Source: Candidatus Peribacter sp.
GTDB lineage: Bacteria > Patescibacteriota > Gracilibacteria > Peribacterales > Peribacteraceae
Reading direction: 5' to 3'
Assembly: GCA_030647195.1 (NCBI GenBank)
Contig: JAUSKD010000030.1
Coordinates: forward strand, 1,496 to 65,495
DNA: 64,000 bases
Numbering within the stretch: the stretch's first letter is position 1; every line of letters starts with the position of its first letter. Under the pieces are notes generated by a model. That model worked only from the letters and a program-made list of their open reading frames with translations. It made no database searches and was not told where the DNA came from. Positions 60,327 to 64,000 of this stretch are shown here, in pieces. Position numbers and translations under genes: made by a program.

Positions 60327-61316
60327 ATGTTATCGCTCGTGATTCCCACGTACAACGAGGCGGAGAGCCTGCCGATGCTGCTCCCACGACTACAGGGGGC
60401 GCTCAAAGGCATTCCGCACGAAATCATCATCGTCGATGACGATTCCCCCGATGGAACATGGCACAAAGCGGAGGAATTGCAGGCGTTCTACCCCACGCTC
60501 CGCGTCATCCGGCGTCGCGGCGAGCGCGGGCTCTCGTCGGCGGTCGTTGCGGGATTCAGGGCGGCGCGCGGCGAGATTCTGGCCGTGATGGACGCTGACG
60601 GTCAGCATGATGCGGGGCTCCTGAAGAAACTCGTGGAAACCGTGCAAGTGCGACGTGGTGTTGCGGTGGCTTCGCGCTACATTCCCGGCGGAAGCACGGG
60701 TCAGTGGAACCGTCGGCGCACACTCTTCAGCCGTGCGGGAACCCGCGTCACCACTCTGCTCTGCCGTCTGTCCGTTCGCGATCCCATGAGCGGGTTCTTC
60801 GCCATCGATCGCCCGCTCTTCGAGCGGATCTCACCCCACTTGCATCCACGGGGATTCAAAATCCTGTTTGATCTTCTCATGCGGCTTCCGCGCGGGACCC
60901 CGGTGACGGAAGTTCCGTACACATTTGCGCCCCGCGCGGTCGGCACGAGCAAATTGTCACTCAAAGTGCAGTGGGAGTTCATCTTCTCGCTCTTCTCGCT
61001 CCTTTTCGAGCGATGGGCACGGGCTGCATGGGTGTTGTTTCTGCTCCTCTTCATCGGCCTTGGAGTATTCCTCTCCGTGCGTGCGTGGGAATTAAAACTT
61101 CTGGTCCTCGATGCAGAGGTGCGAGAACGGACCAAGATGGCGTTTGAATCTCTTTCGAATACGGAGGGATGGCTGATTTCCGATCTCTCGCTGCGTTCCG
61201 TCAGTGCCACGAGCCTTACGATGATTTACCGTCCGCACGGACGCGGCGACGCGCCTGCCAAGTGCATCCGCGTTAATCTTGATTTCTTCGGCTGGTCACC
61301 ATGCGACGCTTCGTAA
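60327..61316 (+). CDS. Polyprenol-phosphate mannose synthase-like GT2 with C-terminal TM and extension
   Basis: PTYNE, DDDSPDGT, RGLSSA, MDADGQH, DPMSGFF, GFKIL. Confidence 0.88.
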   Translation: MLSLVIPTYNEAESLPMLLPRLQGALKGIPHEIIIVDDDSPDGTWHKAEELQAFYPTLRVIRRRGERGLSSAVVAGFRAARGEILAVMDADGQHDAGLLKKLVETVQVRRGVAVASRYIPGGSTGQWNRRRTLFSRAGTRVTTLLCRLSVRDPMSGFFAIDRPLFERISPHLHPRGFKILFDLLMRLPRGTPVTEVPYTFAPRAVGTSKLSLKVQWEFIFSLFSLLFERWARAAWVLFLLLFIGLGVFLSVRAWELKLLVLDAEVRERTKMAFESLSNTEGWLISDLSLRSVSATSLTMIYRPHGRGDAPAKCIRVNLDFFGWSPCDAS

Positions 61317-62533
61317 ATCCCTTCTTCGGCCTCGTGCTCCTCGGCATCGCGCTTGCCGCCCTCCATGCATGGCAGGGCATCACCACGGATGAGGCGAAGT
61401 ATCTGCTCAATATTCCCTATCCGCATCCGCCACTTGCGCGCGGCATCATCGGGTTCACGCAGTGGATTCCCGGTCAGGAGATGCTCTGGCGTGTCATCCT
61501 TGCGATTATTCTTCTTCTTGCAGCGGAGCTGGCCCGCGCTTTTGCGCCTGCACGCGAGAAGGCATCGACATTCCTACTCGCAGGGCTCTGGGTACTGTCG
61601 GCGTCGGTGTTCGTCTCTGCGGGACAGATCCTGCTCGCCCCCATCACCGCAGTTGAGATGCTCGTGTTCTGCTACTGGTATCTCAAATGTGAGGATCAGC
61701 CCGCCCGTACCGATCCACAGTACGGATCGGGCGGGGAGCGCATGGTCGGGTGGATGGCGCTGCTGTGGATGGCGTCGCTCTTCACGGCTTACCACGCCAT
61801 TCTGTTCCTTCCGGTGGTTGCGGCGGTGTTCTGGCGCCTGCGGCTGAGCCGATGGCAGCGTCTGGTTGCGCTGTGCGGACCCGTTCTGCTGCTCGCGCTC
61901 TATACGGCAATGAACCCTCTCGCCTTTGCGAGCATGGTCACCGCGAGCGGGCAGAATCTGGGCGACGGTTCCCCGCTGACGGCACTGCGCGAAACTGTCT
62001 GGCTCTGGGTACTCGGAGGGAGCCTTGTCCTGAGCGTGCTCGGAACGATAGGGATGTTCGCCTCGCGCAAGTGGCCGCTCATTCTGAGCCTCCTGCTTGT
62101 CGCCGGATTCACGTTCCTCTCGTTCCGTCCGTACTACGGCATCCTCTTCGCGCCGCTTCTGATCGCAGGTCTCGTCTCGTCGCCTTCGCTCATGCGAAGA
62201 GTGGGGACGATCCTGCTCTTGACTCTCGTCTGTGCCCTGATGCTCATTCCACTATCCTTTCCGTCGGGCAGTCCATCGCCGGTTCCAGGTGTTTATGCGG
62301 CCGTGGAGCAAGCCGGTATCCCTGCAGGGGTGACGGCGATCATCGCCGGTCCCTTCGGACACGAGTGGCAGTACGGCCCTTACATTGTGCGGCGGATGGT
62401 GGGGAATCCCCAGCTCCTCGATTCCGCACGCGTGGCCGTGTGTCTGGTCGATTGTCCGGTACTCCGCGGACGGGAGGGATGGGAAGAGCTCCAGGGTGTT
62501 CCTGTGGAGGTTTGGGTGAGACCGTTACGATGA
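61301..62533 (+). CDS. Multi-TM putative GT-C glycosyltransferase
   Basis: TM1 followed by TDEAKY..HPPL, many TMs; overlaps the GT2 gene. Confidence 0.65.
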   Translation: MRRFVNPFFGLVLLGIALAALHAWQGITTDEAKYLLNIPYPHPPLARGIIGFTQWIPGQEMLWRVILAIILLLAAELARAFAPAREKASTFLLAGLWVLSASVFVSAGQILLAPITAVEMLVFCYWYLKCEDQPARTDPQYGSGGERMVGWMALLWMASLFTAYHAILFLPVVAAVFWRLRLSRWQRLVALCGPVLLLALYTAMNPLAFASMVTASGQNLGDGSPLTALRETVWLWVLGGSLVLSVLGTIGMFASRKWPLILSLLLVAGFTFLSFRPYYGILFAPLLIAGLVSSPSLMRRVGTILLLTLVCALMLIPLSFPSGSPSPVPGVYAAVEQAGIPAGVTAIIAGPFGHEWQYGPYIVRRMVGNPQLLDSARVAVCLVDCPVLRGREGWEELQGVPVEVWVRPLR

Positions 62534-62612
62534 AGGGGTAAGGGGTAGGTATCATGGGGGAAGGGTTTTTAAAAAGAGATCCCTTATCCCTTCATACGTA
62601 TCCCTTATCCCT
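62533..62612. repeat. Inverted heptamer repeat arms
   Basis: aaggggt x2 ... atccctt x2 ... atccctt atccct between convergent genes. Confidence 0.6.
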
Positions 62613-63558
62613 ACAGACCGTAGTACTTCCGGTACCACTCGACGAACTGTGGCACGCCGTCCTTGATCTGCGTCTTCGGTTGAAACCCGAGCATCTTCTT
62701 TGCCTTCGAGATATCCGCCTCGGTGCGCACGACGTCGCCCGGCTGCATATCCATGAGGTTCTTCTTCGCCTCTCTGCCACAAGCTTTCTCGATCGCTGCG
62801 ACGTAATCCATCAGCTCTTCGGTCCTTCCGCAGCCCAGGTTGAAGACCTCTTCAGGATAATTTTTGTCGATCGAGGCGACAATGCCATCCACGATGTCGT
62901 TGATGAAGGTGAAATCCCGTTGCATCTTGCCGTGTCCGAAGATATCGAGCGGCTGACCGTGGAGGATTTTGTCCGTGAACAGGAAGAGCGCCATATCGGG
63001 CCTGCCCCACGGTCCGTACACGGTGAAGAACCGCAGCCCCGTCACGGGGATGCCGTACAGCGAGTGGTACGCGTGTGCCATCAGCTCGTTGTCCTTCTTG
63101 TTCATGCCATAGAGCGAGAGCTGGTTATCCGTCCGGTCCGTCTCGGCGAGCGGCATCTTGGTATTGCCGCCGTAGACGGAGCTCGAAGAGGCATAGATCA
63201 GGCCGGGAATTTTCTGGAGCCTCACTTCATCAAGAACGTTGAAGAAGCCGCGGATGTTGATATCGATGTACTCGTCCGGATGATCGAAGGCGTAGCGCAC
63301 GCCGGCGAGTGCGGCCAGATGACATACGCGATCGCAGCCTTTCATCGCCTTTTCCACGGTCTTGCGGTCGCAGATGTCGCCGCGAATCAGGGTGAATTTT
63401 TTGTCCTTGATCAACTGCGCGTTGCGGTCCTCCTTCAGCTTGGGATCGTAGTAGGGATTGAAGTTATCCAGCCCCACTACTTCGTCCCCGCGGGCGAGGA
63501 GCACCTGAGCCGTGTGGAATCCGATGAAGCCGGCAGAGCCGGTAAGGAGGATGCGCAT
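62611..63558 (-). CDS. UDP-glucuronate 4-epimerase-like enzyme
   Basis: TGSAGFIG, HLAALAGVRY, YASSSSVYG, LRFFTVYGPWGRPDMA, MQPGDV. Confidence 0.9.
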   Translation of the reverse strand: MRILLTGSAGFIGFHTAQVLLARGDEVVGLDNFNPYYDPKLKEDRNAQLIKDKKFTLIRGDICDRKTVEKAMKGCDRVCHLAALAGVRYAFDHPDEYIDINIRGFFNVLDEVRLQKIPGLIYASSSSVYGGNTKMPLAETDRTDNQLSLYGMNKKDNELMAHAYHSLYGIPVTGLRFFTVYGPWGRPDMALFLFTDKILHGQPLDIFGHGKMQRDFTFINDIVDGIVASIDKNYPEEVFNLGCGRTEELMDYVAAIEKACGREAKKNLMDMQPGDVVRTEADISKAKKMLGFQPKTQIKDGVPQFVEWYRKYYGL

Positions 63559-63584
63559 GACGGCAGTGTATCAATACAGCACGT

Positions 63585-64000
63585 TCAACGGGAGATTTCG
63601 TGGGTAGTTTTCGCGGCAGCCCGTGCCGTATCAGCCTGGAGCTCACTGACAGGGCTCTGCCCGTCTTTTTCGTGGCTGTCTTCCGGGGGTGTGCTGCGGA
63701 GAAACGCCTCCAGTAATTGCGCCCATGGCATGCTGGCCGGGATGTATTGGCCGAAGATGGGTTCCAGCCAGTCGCCGTTCGGCAGCCGGTACACGATGTC
63801 CCCGTTCTCAAACGAAACAGCTTCCGTTGCAGTGGCGATGATGTCTTTCACCCCTTTCCATGCAGGGAAGTACTGGCGGAAGAGGGTTTCGGTTGTGAGT
63901 TTGTCGATCGCGTGCTCTCTGGTCATTTCGTGGACATTCGGATTCTCCGCTGACAGTTTGCGGACGTGTTGCATGCTCGAGAAGATTTGCATTTCCTCCA
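63585..64000 (-). CDS. Hypothetical protein, probably 5'-truncated by the window edge
   Basis: Frame is open to the window end (..EEMQIFSS). Confidence 0.55.
   Translation of the reverse strand, partial: EEMQIFSSMQHVRKLSAENPNVHEMTREHAIDKLTTETLFRQYFPAWKGVKDIIATATEAVSFENGDIVYRLPNGDWLEPIFGQYIPASMPWAQLLEAFLRSTPPEDSHEKDGQSPVSELQADTARAAAKTTHEISR

Overview
A GC-rich bacterial window (roughly 55-60% by eye) that reads cleanly in genetic code 11. The 16S rRNA has Patescibacteria/CPR-type signatures; a Peregrinibacteria/Peribacteria-like organism is the best inference. The left 13 kb holds a truncated Cys-rich membrane-anchored protein, a MacAB-like exporter, split sufB/sufD with orphan ORFs, and a stand-alone 16S rRNA gene with an altered anti-SD tail and no adjacent tRNA or 23S. 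The remaining ~51 kb is one large surface-glycan region. It contains a pseudaminic-acid operon with a methyltransferase in place of pseH, a legionaminic-acid-like operon, two HisH/HisF/amidotransferase (acetamidino) cassettes, two KpsS-like transferases, a CDP-glucose/ThDP branched-sugar module, gmd, GT2/GT-C lipid-linked glycosylation genes, and a reshuffled heptose pathway (cupin-kinase fusion, phosphatase-nucleotidyltransferase fusion, GT9, no gmhA). The most notable observations are: (1) TANNNT -10 boxes 6-9 nt upstream of the start codon of about 19 genes, suggesting pervasive leaderless mRNAs alongside an altered anti-SD; (2) a cupin that may replace GmhA; (3) small palindromic and 7/8-mer repeat elements, two of them inside coding sequences. 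All product calls come from motif recognition by eye; no database searches were run.
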